Of a stretch of 64,000 bases of DNA, positions 10,835-32,100 are shown one piece after another. Each line of letters starts with the position of its first letter. Position 1 is the first letter of the stretch. A program made the translations under genes and the position numbers. Under the pieces are notes generated by a model, which searched no databases, was not told where the DNA came from, and saw nothing but the letters and a program-made list of their open reading frames with translations. Origin of the DNA: Hormiphora californensis (lineage: Eukaryota; Animalia; Ctenophora); contig CM035359.1 in assembly GCA_020137815.1 (NCBI GenBank), forward strand, positions 5,704,001-5,768,000, given 5' to 3'.

Positions 10835-13427
10835 TTGATTGTAGGAACTAAGTTATGGTCGGACCCCGATTTACCTGGATTCTCGACGACCGGTAAATCG
10901 GGGTCCAACTGTTATACTGACCACTTCTATAGATATATATCCGTTATATATCAGGCATGGTTGTCCTGCCATTACGCAAGATGCAAAAGTTCTATTACCC
11001 AAAAGTTCTATTACCCAAAAGTTCTATTACCCAAAAGTTCTATTACCCAAAAGTTATATTACCCAAAAGTTATATTACCCAAAAGTTACATTACCCAAAA
11101 ACATTTTCAGCAACACCGTCTACAAGTTCCAACTGTGTGATGGATTTGCTGAGCATGGAACGTACTGTGATAAGGAGTGGCGAACATGGGTGGACTGCCC
11201 TTCGCATAATCAAACCACCGATCTTACATGTTTAGTGAAGGGAGAAAACACCACTATTGACACGAAACTAACATGCGATAAACATAAAGTCTGTGAGGAT
11301 GGAAGGGATGAGTTTTGCATTATTTCAAATTCATTGACCAACACCAGCTACTACCGCTTTGATAAGGATGAGGACACTGACTACACACTGTGCCCGTGGG
11401 ACAATGAGTACAAGTTTTATAGCATTCCCTCCTCTAAAGTCTGCGATGGGTTCGGTGATTGTCCCACCATCAGTATCGGGGGTATACGTTACTCCGAGGA
11501 AAGTAGTTGTGTGGGCACGGGAAATACTCGTTTGAGAGGCTGGGAAATGGTCGGAGATAGGGTCTTTGCTGCTCCATGCTTACCTGGTATTGGGAATTCG
11601 AGATGCGAGGAAACTGAGGTTGTCATAGCAACTGGAATTGTCAAGTATTTGATTTACGATCAGGGCAATTTCCAGTGTGAAAACGCCTCGGGTGCAGTAT
11701 ATGCTCTAGCTGCAACCCTTGGCTTGTGCGGAGATGATTCAATATATGTCATGCAGTTGGTAAACAAAACTGCGACCCTAACTGGCTATGAAACCCTCTA
11801 TGCTGAAAATGCTGATACTAATTCCATCGGTTCTCTCCTCTACAACAACTCCACCTCGATCACTATCTTCACCTGTGACAACGGAATTGATATTGAATCG
11901 GGGAAAGTGTGCGATTATCACAATGACTGCGGGGACAACTCAGATGAAAACTCGTGTTGGAACAGATACAAGTGCAGTAGTGATTACACGACTAGTACAT
12001 CGACTATCCAGAAAACCAAATTGTGCGACGGGGTGTTTGATTGTCCGGCAAAAGATGATGAGTGCAGCGTGTTCTGCAAGGCCAATACTGATGGGAAGGT
12101 CGTGTGGAGGATGATAAGCAGCGTAGTTTACCGAGTTTTGGCCATCATAATTGCCATCTTCTCTTTGTTAGTTAACTTTGCTTCCTTAGGCCTGTTCTTC
12201 TGGAACTTAAAGACTAAAAAGGACGTGGCATTTAGTATTTTGGTGAATGATGTGCTTGTGGCGCTAATTGCACTGGGCGATTTCATGGTTGGTATTTACC
12301 TGCTTCTGGTGTTTTCATACGACCAGATATATGGGGATGATTATTGCAGCGAGCGGCTGGAATGGCTGTCCAGTAATACGTGCAGTTTCATTGGCGTTGT
12401 CAGCACCTTCGGGAACCAGCTCTCCCTTCTCTCGATGACACTCCTTTCAATCTATCGACTGGTTTCCATCAAAACAATGATGATATTTTCATCGATAAGC
12501 AAAAAGAAGCTAGTCAGTCTGGTTGCTATGGTAACACTTATCACAGTTTACTCTCTTGGCATTTCGGTGGTGCCTATCCTCAAAGAAAGTGAGAATTACT
12601 TTGTCAATGGGTTGTACCTACCGGAAAATCCGATAGTTTTGGATGCACAAAACAAGTCGAAGTTAGGTTTAGAATTTAAAGCATACACCGCAGCACCGCC
12701 TTTTAATGGATCCTCAGAAAATATGTCGTGGGACAACTGGAGAGCACTCTTGGTATTCATATTCAATGGTGTTCATATGAATGATAGCTCTGTTTTGGAG
12801 GAAAACTGGATAGTCAACAAACAAAGTCGCCTCCTGAAGTTCGATACATCACTTAGCACTGGGTTCTATGGGAATAGCGGTGTGTGTCTATTCAAATTCT
12901 TCGTCAAAAACACTGATCCCCAAGTTAAATACTCCATTTTCGTCTTGGTCACAAACTTGATATGTTTTGTGGTTATCACCATCAGCTATGCCTGGATTAT
13001 TCTTCACACCCGACAGACGTCAAAAGATGCCGGTACAAGTGAAAACCAAGAAACACGACGGTCCATGCTCCGACTTCAACGGAAGGTGTCCCTGATCATC
13101 GCTACCGACTTTGTGACTTGGATTCCTTTTATTATCCTTGCTTTCTTCCACTACAATGACATCATTGACGGGGATTCGTTCTACGAGTTCTGTTCCATTC
13201 TCCTGATACCCATCAATAGCATCCTCAATCCGATAATTTATAACAGTGACAAGATTCTACCTCGGCTAAAATCATGGGGGGCCACGCTCCGTACAATGAC
13301 GACTGTCAACATTTCCAGTAGTACAGCTGGTAGTGCAGGCGGCGGCGCCTTGGAGTTGAAGGAGGTGCACCAGAATGTTGTTCATTTTAACCCTAACAGC
13401 GGTGGACGAAGGTATAGCAAGTGTTAA
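3745..13427 (+). CDS. Large-ectodomain class A GPCR (RXFP/LGR-C/GRL101-like 7TM) with F5/8C (F-type lectin-like) domain, 2 kringles and LDLa-like repeats; ~1,890 aa, 21 exons
   Basis: GT-AG exons: 3745-4303 (signal peptide [21 protein letters not shown]), 4598-4708, 5069-5308, 5472-5534, 5597-5711, ~5936-6086, 6237-6399 (F5/8C: [32 protein letters not shown]), 6598-6777, 7153-7270 + 7389-7534 (kringle 1: [20 protein letters not shown]), 7682-7825, 7980-8138, 8299-8340, 8601-8718 + 8900-9030 (kringle 2), 9192-9341, 9520-9761, 9942-10028, 10161-10441, 10555-10701, 11111-13427 (LDLa e.g. [13 protein letters not shown]; 7TM with [40 protein letters not shown]). Phases join except the exon 5/6 junction, which needs an alternative donor or acceptor. 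Confidence 0.85.
4318..4412. mobile_element. Small TA-targeting MITE (CAGTCGGACCC..ATTTACCG termini); other copies or remnants at ~7855-7873, 8434-8531, 10857-10911, 44032-44144
   Basis: Imperfect TIRs cagtcggaccctgatttaccg / taaatcgaggttcgactg-ta. The 44032-44144 copy has TA on both sides. The Tc1/mariner class is inferred from the TA TSD and CAG start. Confidence 0.7.
9396..9471. repeat. Perfect 37-bp-arm palindrome with a 2-nt loop in a GPCR intron
   Basis: agccataaaatgtgtgttccacttgtaaataactgat-tt-atcagttatttacaagtggaacacacattttatggct. Confidence 0.9.
10775..10829. repeat. (TA)n microsatellite
   Basis: Direct read. Confidence 0.95.
10985..11100 (+). repeat. 16-bp tandem repeat (AAAAGTTCTATTACCC) x~7 abutting the last GPCR acceptor
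   Basis: Direct read; ends ~10 nt before the acceptor AG at 11109-11110. Confidence 0.9.
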
Positions 13428-13931
13428 GATTACTTTATTTGATTAAGGGATGCTGGCTATTATAGTGCTCGACAGAGTGTTAAGATATTGTAATTTGTAA
13501 GCGAGGCTCATATTAACGAATGCACGACAGTTTTTCAGCGAATCCGGGACTTGTCACCCGTTGAAATATACTACGAGTTTGGTGACATTTGTTTATTGTT
13601 GCCAAGCAAATTATTGTTTTCATTTATAGATCGGTTTTCTATCTGCACAACCGACAAGTGCAAGGTACTCAGTGGCCATCTAGTAGAAATAGGTCGATTA
13701 GTATTCAGCATACTCTCCATGGAGTCCACCTTGGAGATGTTTCAACTCATCGTGACCTCGGAGTTCTCATTCAGACTGTGTGCATTACGTTTAAAAACCG
13801 CTTTAACTTAATTCGCTTTTCATTCGGCTACAACATCTTCATTTACTACTGGGGGTCCAGTCATAAGAAGGTTCAAGCCATCGGCCAAGATCAGTTGTTT
13901 TAGTACAACAAGGCAATGTATATTTTAAGTT

Positions 13932-13935
13932 GAGG

Positions 13936-14002
<67 letters not shown>

Positions 14003-14044
14003 AGAGAGGGAGAGAGAGAGAGAGGGAGAGAGAGGGAGAGAGAG

Positions 14045-14075
<31 letters not shown>

Positions 14076-14076
14076 G
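13932..14076. repeat. (GA)n microsatellite; similar tracts at ~18880-19015, 20296-20458, 25165-25302, 33954-34088, 34987-35210, 50061-50200, 56595-56685, 57929-57985, 58130-58270
   Basis: Direct read; these produce the poly-LS/ER ORFs in the ORF track. Confidence 0.95.
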
Positions 14077-14549
14077 GCGAGAGGTACTCCTTACATTTAA
14101 ACTGGTCACGTTAAACTATCTGCCAGATAGTTTAACGTGACCTGGCTTCGAAGACAGTGAATGACATTATCACACGTGACCTTAGCTGAGCTGAGCTGTC
14201 TGATATTTTTTATATTATTTGCCCTACGATAACGTATTATCCTCTCAAACACCCTCTTCAAATTTAACCTTGTGCTAAAACAGCTACCTTGTATTCCATT
14301 TGATTTGATTTCGAACTGATGATGGATCGGTCCGTATACCGATAACGTAATATGCACAGACATGTTTAGTGCAGCTTGTAACGCCTGACGGACCGGACTG
14401 TGTAGATATATAAAAGGTGCTCCCTTCTGCCATATGGTGGGGTCTTCCGTTCGAGTTATCTTAACCTGTAGGTGAAAGGTAGAGTGGACTAATGGGGGGG
14501 GGTGGAGGGTGTAGCAAACTGAATTCTAACCACCGTTACATCTAGCAAT

Positions 14550-15494
14550 ATGTTGACAAAATGTCTCTTCCTGCTTCTTTGCACTGCTTCAGCCGGGGCC
14601 TATATGACCCTCAGCATCAGCGAGGTTAATGCTAGAACACTCCGCGATGAAGACAACCCGAACCTTGTCTTGGATGGAGATTCTAACACTTACTATCATT
14701 CTGGAAATGATAACCAACCAGAGTGGCTGAAGCTTTCTCTTACTACGCGAGCCTATGTTCAAAAAGTTGAAATAATCAGCAGGTAAACGGGGAGAGGGGG
14801 TACCTTGGTAAACGTCCCGAATCATACTGTTTTCCTGTAAACCATATCAATGATATTTTTGCTGTGAATAAAGAGAAAACTGCTATAAGAATTCTCGAGT
14901 GTCGCGATCAGTTCGGGTAATAATGTCGTCTTACTCTTAGGTTGAATAGACCTAAGCGTCTCCTTGGAACACAAGTCTCTCTAATTGGGGCAACAACCAA
15001 CTCAACATGTGGGACCATCGACTCAGTTAATCAACTCGATTCCGTAGAAGCCCAGACCTACACGATCCCCTGCCCTGCTACTAAGGAACCGACCCTTGCT
15101 GTTTTTCTGTACGATGATCTGATGGGCCCGGGCTCTGACTCGAATTTAGATTTTCTTGTCATGAACATAGCAGAGGTCATGGTCTATGGATCGACGGTGC
15201 TGGCAGGTATTTTGTTTTCTTAGATTGTTCCTTCCTCGCGAGCATGGATCCGATACTAAGGAAAAATGCACGTCTTTCAACTTTCTTGGCTTTCTTGCAT
15301 ATTATATCTCCTATGCTTTGTCCTTCTAATTTTTGTTTACTGCATCGGTACAAATTGAAAGGTTTTGCCTATTTGTCGGGGGTAACTGGGGTGTAGCGTG
15401 GATACAGGCGACTCAAGTGTAGAACAAGTCAATGTGTAACCAAGATATTCAACATTAAGTGTTTTTTCCAGCATTCGTATTGACACAGATTTAA
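14550..15494 (+). CDS. Secreted single-domain F5/8 type C / F-type lectin-like protein
   Basis: Exons 14550-14782 (signal peptide MLTKCLFLLLCTASAGA; LVLDGDSNTYYHS..EWLKLSL..VEIISR), 14941-15206 (LNRPKRL..CG..C..MNIAEVMVYG) and a probable last exon 15472-15494 (AFVLTQI*). TATA-like TATATAAAA at ~14408. Confidence 0.75.
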
Positions 15495-16028
15495 GAAATT
15501 ACAAGTTTATTCTGAAACAATTTGGCAGTCATGGTGTCCCTCGCGGTTAGATTAACTTTGAAGTTATAAGTTAACACTTCCACAGTAATGCTCAGCGGTG
15601 TGAAAGCCGTAAGGCAGAAATTGGGCTGCAAAAATCAGTCAAAACTATTTTGCCAAGGTCAAGCTATTTTTAATTTGTTTAGGGATAGCACAAGACCTCT
15701 CAGGAATTTACGGGAATTTTCTTTCCACCGCCTACGCAACGAGTAGCGACCAAAAAAAGAAAAAAACTAAAAATTTGTCTAAAAATTTTCTGAATTAAAA
15801 AACTGAAATCCAAAAAACCTGCTACAGAGCGTGGCGCGCAGCATTGGGCCGCGTAGTGATAAAAGTGCACTTTTCGCGCGCTACGTTAAATCAGTTATTC
15901 TTAATAGAAATTTAACGCGCGTTACACATCCGCTCTGATGCTGCAAGTGTGAGTGACGTTTGATGTGTATATTTATTTTTGGTTCACTATTCAGGTTGTG
16001 AGCTTACGCGAGGCAAATATTCATTTAA

Positions 16029-17239
16029 ATCACTGCGCTGGCAAGCGCAAAGGTGGCCCCATCCAACTCCCCGAAAAAAATTCCCCCAAAAAACGGCCCG
16101 CTTGCTCACAGCGTATATATAGTTATTTCATACTTTTAGCCCATTTTGGCACTTTTTGACACGCCATAACTCCGGAACCGGATGAGCTAGGAAGCTGAAA
16201 TTTTGTACTCAGAAGCTTCTTGTAGACATCTATCGATGGTAAAATTTTCAAGTGGCTAGCTCATTTTGTTCAAAAGTTATAACACCACCCCCAAAACAGA
16301 AAATTCAGTGTGGGGATAACTAGGTTGATACATACATAGATAGATAGATAGATGTATAGACGCTTTATTACCTTCCGTTTGGTCCCAGTTTGAGACGAAC
16401 CAGACATCGTACAACCTTAAACTAAGCGGCATTCGACAGATAATTGTCTCGTGCATGTACCCATTTGGGTGGCGACTCTCAATCTTACCTATGACGCGCG
16501 CAATGACGTCACTCGTGACGTCATTGCGCGAGATCGACTAACTTTTTTCAAACGCCTCTAGCACCCTGAAGACGTGTTCCGATTTCTGATTTGACGAAAA
16601 ATCGTTACCGGCAAATTGTCTGAACTTTCAGTTACTATATCGCGAATTTTCGTAGCTCATCATTTTGAGGCCTTAAATCGCGTCGGAAGTCAAAAATTTG
16701 ACGAAAAATTCAGTAAAATGAACGTTTTTCGAGCAAAAACTCCCTTTCCTGACCACTGTGGTCAATGATACTTTACAAGCTCCTTCAGGGTATTCATTCA
16801 AAATATATTGTGATGCAATTACGTCGTTACGACGTCACTAATTACGTCAGATGACGTCATAATGACGTCAAAATTACGATTTTCACAGAAATTCGTCTCC
16901 TTTCTCATATAACACATCATTTTGACAATTTTACATCATGAAATAATGTCATACTGACATTAGAAACCAAAAAGGGACCTAAATTAAGCCAAAAACTAAT
17001 TGGAATTAGTTGGCGGGAAAGGTGGCCCACTTACACCTTTGCCTGATGCCGGGTTTTATTTTAAAATGTATCAGGGATATAAGAGGTGAGTGAAATAGAG
17101 AAAGAGAAAGGGTGAGAGAGAGAGATTGAGATACCGACGTGACGTGAAGAGAATGACAGTTCGTGGTACCCGGTAGCAGCAAAAGGTGTAAGTGGGCCAC
17201 CTTTCCCGCCAACTAATTCCAATTAGTTTTTGGCTTAAT
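16029..17239 (-). mobile_element. Non-autonomous ~1.2-kb element, copy 2 (same as 1388-2607)
   Basis: Near-identical to copy 1 with sharp shared boundaries (ATCACTGCGC ... GGCTTAAT). A terminal fragment also lies inverted at ~45570-45595. Confidence 0.85.
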
Positions 17240-17240
17240 A

Positions 17241-17669
17241 TCTAACTATATCTTATGCAAATTTGACAGAAATGTGACACCCTATCGTCAGCGTGATGAC
17301 GTGATCCGTCAAATTGACGTCGTGATCCGTCAAATTGACGTCACATTGACGGTCAATGTGACGATGTGATCCGTCATTGTAGCGAAGAGATTCGTAGGTA
17401 TCACGTATCACAAGTACATACTTGAGAACTGCTTGCGAACTTGAGGGGTCACATCACATACATAAAAGGGAGAGAAAGAGGAAAAAACAGGGATCACATC
17501 ACATCAGCGAGAGACAGAGAGAGACAGAGACCGGGAGAGACACTAGACAGGGAGACAGAGATAGGGAGTGAGACCAGAGACAGAGAGACAGAGAGACATA
17601 GAGAAAAAAGATAGAAACAGATCCCTCGATTCGCGATCGGTACGACTACGATCGCCCCAGTTTTACTAG
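17241..17669 (+). mobile_element. Non-autonomous Helitron (~430 bp)
   Basis: Starts A|TCTAACTATAT and ends CTAG|T. GCGATCG..CGATCGC hairpin ends ~10 nt before CTAG. Inserted between A and T with no TSD; internal GAGACA repeats. Confidence 0.65.
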
Positions 17670-18587
17670 TTCATTGAAATGAATTGCCGCAGTCGTTATC
17701 GGTCATCTAGACGCTGACGGAGTCAGAACCTCAGATCAGACGAAAACCAAGCACGTTTGGACGTCACCAAAAGAAATTTCGTCTCAAGATCAAGCCCGTC
17801 TGACTCCGTCTCGAACCCGGGCCATATGGGCCTAAACCCGTCTAGACGACGACTGGAGCAAACCGGGCCGGGTAAACGGTAAATACTCACGGTTTTAACT
17901 CAGCCATTTCTTGACCAATATCGGTAAGGGGTTCATTTAATAATGATATAAGTTTTGTACACTATAATATCTTGTACCCTTGTCCCTTACTCAACAAATG
18001 ATATCATGTTATCTATTCCCCAGGACCCAAAATAGCTATAGTTGCTCGGCAACTATCATGTCGTCAGCTGGTAGCTGGTCCCTGGGCTTTAGAATCTTCA
18101 TCACGTGCTTACACGCGTGCCTCTACACAGTCTACAGTGCACATTTAGCTTCCCTCAACCTAGACACACGCAATCCGATTACCGCTTTACCCCTCCTCCC
18201 TCTATCTCTCTCACATCCCTTGCACAATCATCCCTGGACGCCCTTTGCCCCTGGCTGTATAAACAAAGTTCTCTCTCTCACTCTCTCCCTCCCTCTCTCA
18301 TTCTCTCTCTCACCTAGATTCCGATGAAGGTCACGTGGTGTGACAAATAACGAATGGGGTTGCTTGGCAACAATTGCCTTGCGACCAGTGACAGTCTGAT
18401 AACCCAGTCACGTGACTGTGCTGTGTGCACCGCCATGGACCCATGGGATGGCGGGTTCGGGGGATGGGGAAATCAGTTTATAGTACTAGCTAAATCTCCG
18501 TGTGGATATATTTGGTACTTTGTTTGTTTTGTGTGATCGATATATCAGATCTCTCTCGTGTTTTTTGTTCGGTTTGTGCCGCGGGGT

Positions 18588-27991
<9,404 letters not shown>

Positions 27992-29013
27992 CACGTTGAA
28001 CTGCTAATAGTGATATAGTCTACCCTGTCAGAGCATTGCAACCTGACAGAGCTTCTACCAACATGAACGCTTCTCAGCCAGTATTTGATATCCTTTCGAA
28101 GATATGAGTTTTGGTAACTATTTGGGGGACACTGCTATAGTGCTATAGAACTGGAATGATGCTCAAGCACATCCTGGCTAGGGAACTGCTGCTAGAAATT
28201 GACACAGGTTGACTGTTCTTCAAGTTTTGTGTTCATTTGGGCACGTTTCGCCCCCCTACTACGCGGTCAATGTGTTCATGTTTCCGGTTAGGATCTTGTA
28301 AGGTTTTGTACAGATATTATTTATTAGTGAGGAAGGGTCGAACTTACAAAAAGTTCTTGGGTATGATGATTGCCAAAAGTACTAGGGTAAGTTTGTTAGT
28401 TTACCCATTCCGTGCAGCCGCGGAAGGAGAAAACTAAACTTCCTCACTGATTATGCGGCTAATAATAAACAATTAATCGATATTGTTTATCATGATTATA
28501 GATGATGTTTATTTTAGTAAACTAGCTTGATACGATAATTTATACACTTTAGTGAGGATGCAACTAAAAATCAAATTGTCGTTAAAAACACACTCCAATA
28601 ATTCTAAATTCTTCATCCTACAACTCAACCTGCTCAAGTAGGTCCCTAGATTCACTGCTACTATTATAGAACCAAAATATGATGATTCACCTTCGCTAAA
28701 TTCTAGTAACTAAGAATTAAAATAGTTTAAAAGTAATATAATTGTCATCTCATATCACTCAAAGTCAGCATTTGAATTCTATTTTAATTTCTTAGAAACG
28801 CATTCCGTGTAAAAAAACGGTGTATAAATTCAGATCAATAGACCTTAACAAAAGTGATAAAACAACCTCAAGATCTAGTCTTATCTGAGCTTCATCTACG
28901 ATTTGAGTCCTCATGTCTCACTGCCTTATGCATATTTTAACGAATATGCTTCTAATATCTCGCGGTTAACCCATGCACCACTCTTTTCAAAGTTTCCTAT
29001 ATCACATCTCATG

Positions 29014-29172
29014 ACACTGTCACTTGTAGAGGAGATACGGTAACGCATTACCGTAATGAGACGTACACGTTACGTAGCGCGTGGGTACTATGAAAGTACA
29101 CTTTTTCAACTACGTAAAGTGTGCGTCTCATTACGGTAATGCGTTACGGTTTTCCACTACAAGCGGCCGTGT
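29014..29172. mobile_element. Small imperfect inverted-repeat element between the Six and Bsx 3' ends
   Basis: cttgtag..gtaacgcattaccgtaatgagacgtacac mirrored by gtgtgcgtctcattacggtaatgcgttac..ctacaag. Confidence 0.6.
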
Positions 29173-29183
29173 GACACACGTTT

Positions 29184-32100
29184 TCAACCACCCTCCCTCA
29201 TTTGGCGCATGAAATCGAACGAGTTTCCTCTTGGAGCAGAGTTGTACTGCATGTGGCTGGTTCGTTGGATAACTGTCGCAGAAGAGTTGTTGGAGCCCGG
29301 TTTAAAGGCTGACCTCACTGATTGTTCCTGTTTCGACTTCTCCTGTTCGGTCATCATCTGGGAGAAGAGAGAGGGGGTTAGAAAATAAATAGAAAGTAAG
29401 TAATGGGAGAAAGGATATAATGATCTGATAGATAGAGATACAAATGACCTGTTGTGGCCATGGGACTGGTATCATGGGACGTAATGATCAGCAGAAAAAG
29501 AGAGCGAGAGAGAGAGAGAGAGAAAATTGTTACGATTGGAAACGGGAGCAGATGGGAAATTATGGGACTTTAAATTATTATGAAAATACGGGCCCCTGAT
29601 TTGATATGTGGGAATAAACAGCTACATGACGGCGGCGGTGCAGTGGTGGTAATAATAACACAAATTCACATATTGCACAGCTGTTGTAGGGTCAAATTTT
29701 AAGTTCCCACGAGAGAGAGAGAGAGAGAGAGAGCTGTGAAGGAGGGAGAGATCCCGACAATTTATCCCATCCCCAGTAAATGTCTACATGGCAATTCTTA
29801 ATTTCCCAGGAATAATATCATTTGACGGGTTGCAATCTTAACTATTATATAGCTCGCGGTGCTCAAACCATGATTCCCCCCCCGACTAAATGATGGGCAA
29901 GATCATTATAGCAATGGGCATGTGGCTCGAGTGAGAATATCTAATCCGGTTAAACCCATCAAATCTTAGAGAAAAAGAAAACACCCTGTGATGGAGCACA
30001 ATTGCCTCCTTCATACGATTAGAGAGGATCACGGCCATGTATGATAACCACTATCTAGACACCCATTGACAACGGAGCAGACATTGAGCATATCGACTCT
30101 TTCGGTTTCTCTCTCTCCATCCCTCTCTCTATCACTCTCTATCCCCGCCCGGTGATTCCATATATGTTAGCTGCAAAATTATAAGCTATGTAATTGCATT
30201 CGGCGCCATTGCCTAGTTCAATGGCTCTCCAAATATATGTAATTCATCATGGGGCGAGTGGGTAAAATCGAGTCAAGTCGAAATTTGGCACCATATTGCC
30301 GGGAGGGGCAGACAGAGAGGAGGGGAGAGATTGAAGGAATTGTCATGTGATTATCATCCGATTCAGAATAAGGAAAGAACGGCAGACTCGAAATAAAGTA
30401 GAGTTTAGAACCTGTATTTTACTAAAATCTTAAATTCTGTTTTACCCCAGAACCCCAAAAGTCACATCAATCAGTTTTCATTCGGTAGCTAACCTGGTTA
30501 GTGGAGTTAAAAGCACAATGCCGTTTCTTGTCCTGTTTTGGCTCCCCCTCAGCCACTTGCTTCTTCCACTTCATCCTTCGGTTTTGGAACCACGTCTTTA
30601 CCTGGTGATCGGAGGATGGTTAGTTACATGTTAGCTTTATACCTGATCAAACCCAATTAACCCCTGCATGATACCCCGTACTATATTCTTTCCCCCAATG
30701 TACAGTATGGTGCCCCATAATAGCCTTGCAAATGGGGTGAGGTGTCCAATATGGACCCGGTCCATCTTCAACTGTATTAACATCTGTCACACTCAATACC
30801 TGGCAGGCAAATGCTCTGACTATAACAGCGCTGTTAACAGTTCTCGTGCGCTCCTGTCAGGCCACTGCTCTGACAGCTCAATACCCACTTTTCTCTTTTA
30901 AACTAAGGGGCACGTAGTACGATCATGATAAAATACGACGACACGCGTACTATAATATTATAGAATATTATGCGGTTGCAATAATATGCAATGTTGCAGC
31001 AGTATTGCAGCCATTCTCTACAAGTATACTATCTGTCTCTCCTCTCCCTGTCTTGGTCCCAGTCATGAGGCCGCAAGTCAGTTATTTGAGCTTGAAGCCA
31101 TTGAATATCACAAAACCACTCCTAGTTTTTCACACTATAGGATATGCTATTTTCCCCCGTCATATATGTTATTATAGCCTATTTGTATATAACCTATAGC
31201 CTATAATAAGTCATGTAGTAATTTATAGGCTATACGTGGAGAACTGATCCACTATAATAATAGTTTAGGCCACCCCCTAGTCTAAGCTAGGTCAACCCCA
31301 AGTCTGGCGCCGCGACCCCATCTGAGCGCACACAATCAAATGGGGTATGGCGCCGCCATACAGGTCAACACCTTGGTGACATAGACACCTGGCGCGCTGC
31401 AGGTGTCTATGTCACCAAGTCAACACCTAGTCTGGGTTATCTTGCTCGACCCTGTTTCACCACGCCCCGCACAAATGTAAAGGAGGGTTAGAACATAACA
31501 AAGTTTCTGTTTAGGCCGCTGCCTGGTCCAATTAAAAAATATTTACCTGAGTTTCTGATAATCGAAGTGAAACCGCCAATTCCATTCTCTCAGGAACTGA
31601 TAGGTATTTCTGTGTTCCAAACTGGGTCTCCAGGCCCTTTAGCTGGTCGTCTGTAAAGACAGTCCTTGCCTTTCTTCTCCTGATCTGTCTCTGCCAGATA
31701 TCAGGTCGGAGGTGGGGTAGGAGCATCGCGGCAGCAGCGACATTGCTGTCCGAAAATACTGGGGATGGTGACAAGGGTTAGTTTTTGATAGATCCGTTAT
31801 AAAGACATTCATTTTCTCGGGGAATTATTTTAGCGATTTTGCCTGGACTGGCTTCTGGTGGGCCCTGACGACTTCACCAGCGTACCAGGAGTGAACTACT
31901 CATTCATCAGCGATTCCTGGTACGCCGGTGAAGTCGTCAGGGCCCACCAAAAGCCAGTCCAGGCAAAATCGCTAAAATTAATTCCCCGCGAAAATGAATG
32001 GCTTTGGTACTGCAGTAAATACTCGGAATAATACAGGTGGAAACGTTTGCGATTCCTGGAAACCTTCTGAGGAATAGTATTATCGGTTCGGTGCAGGGGA

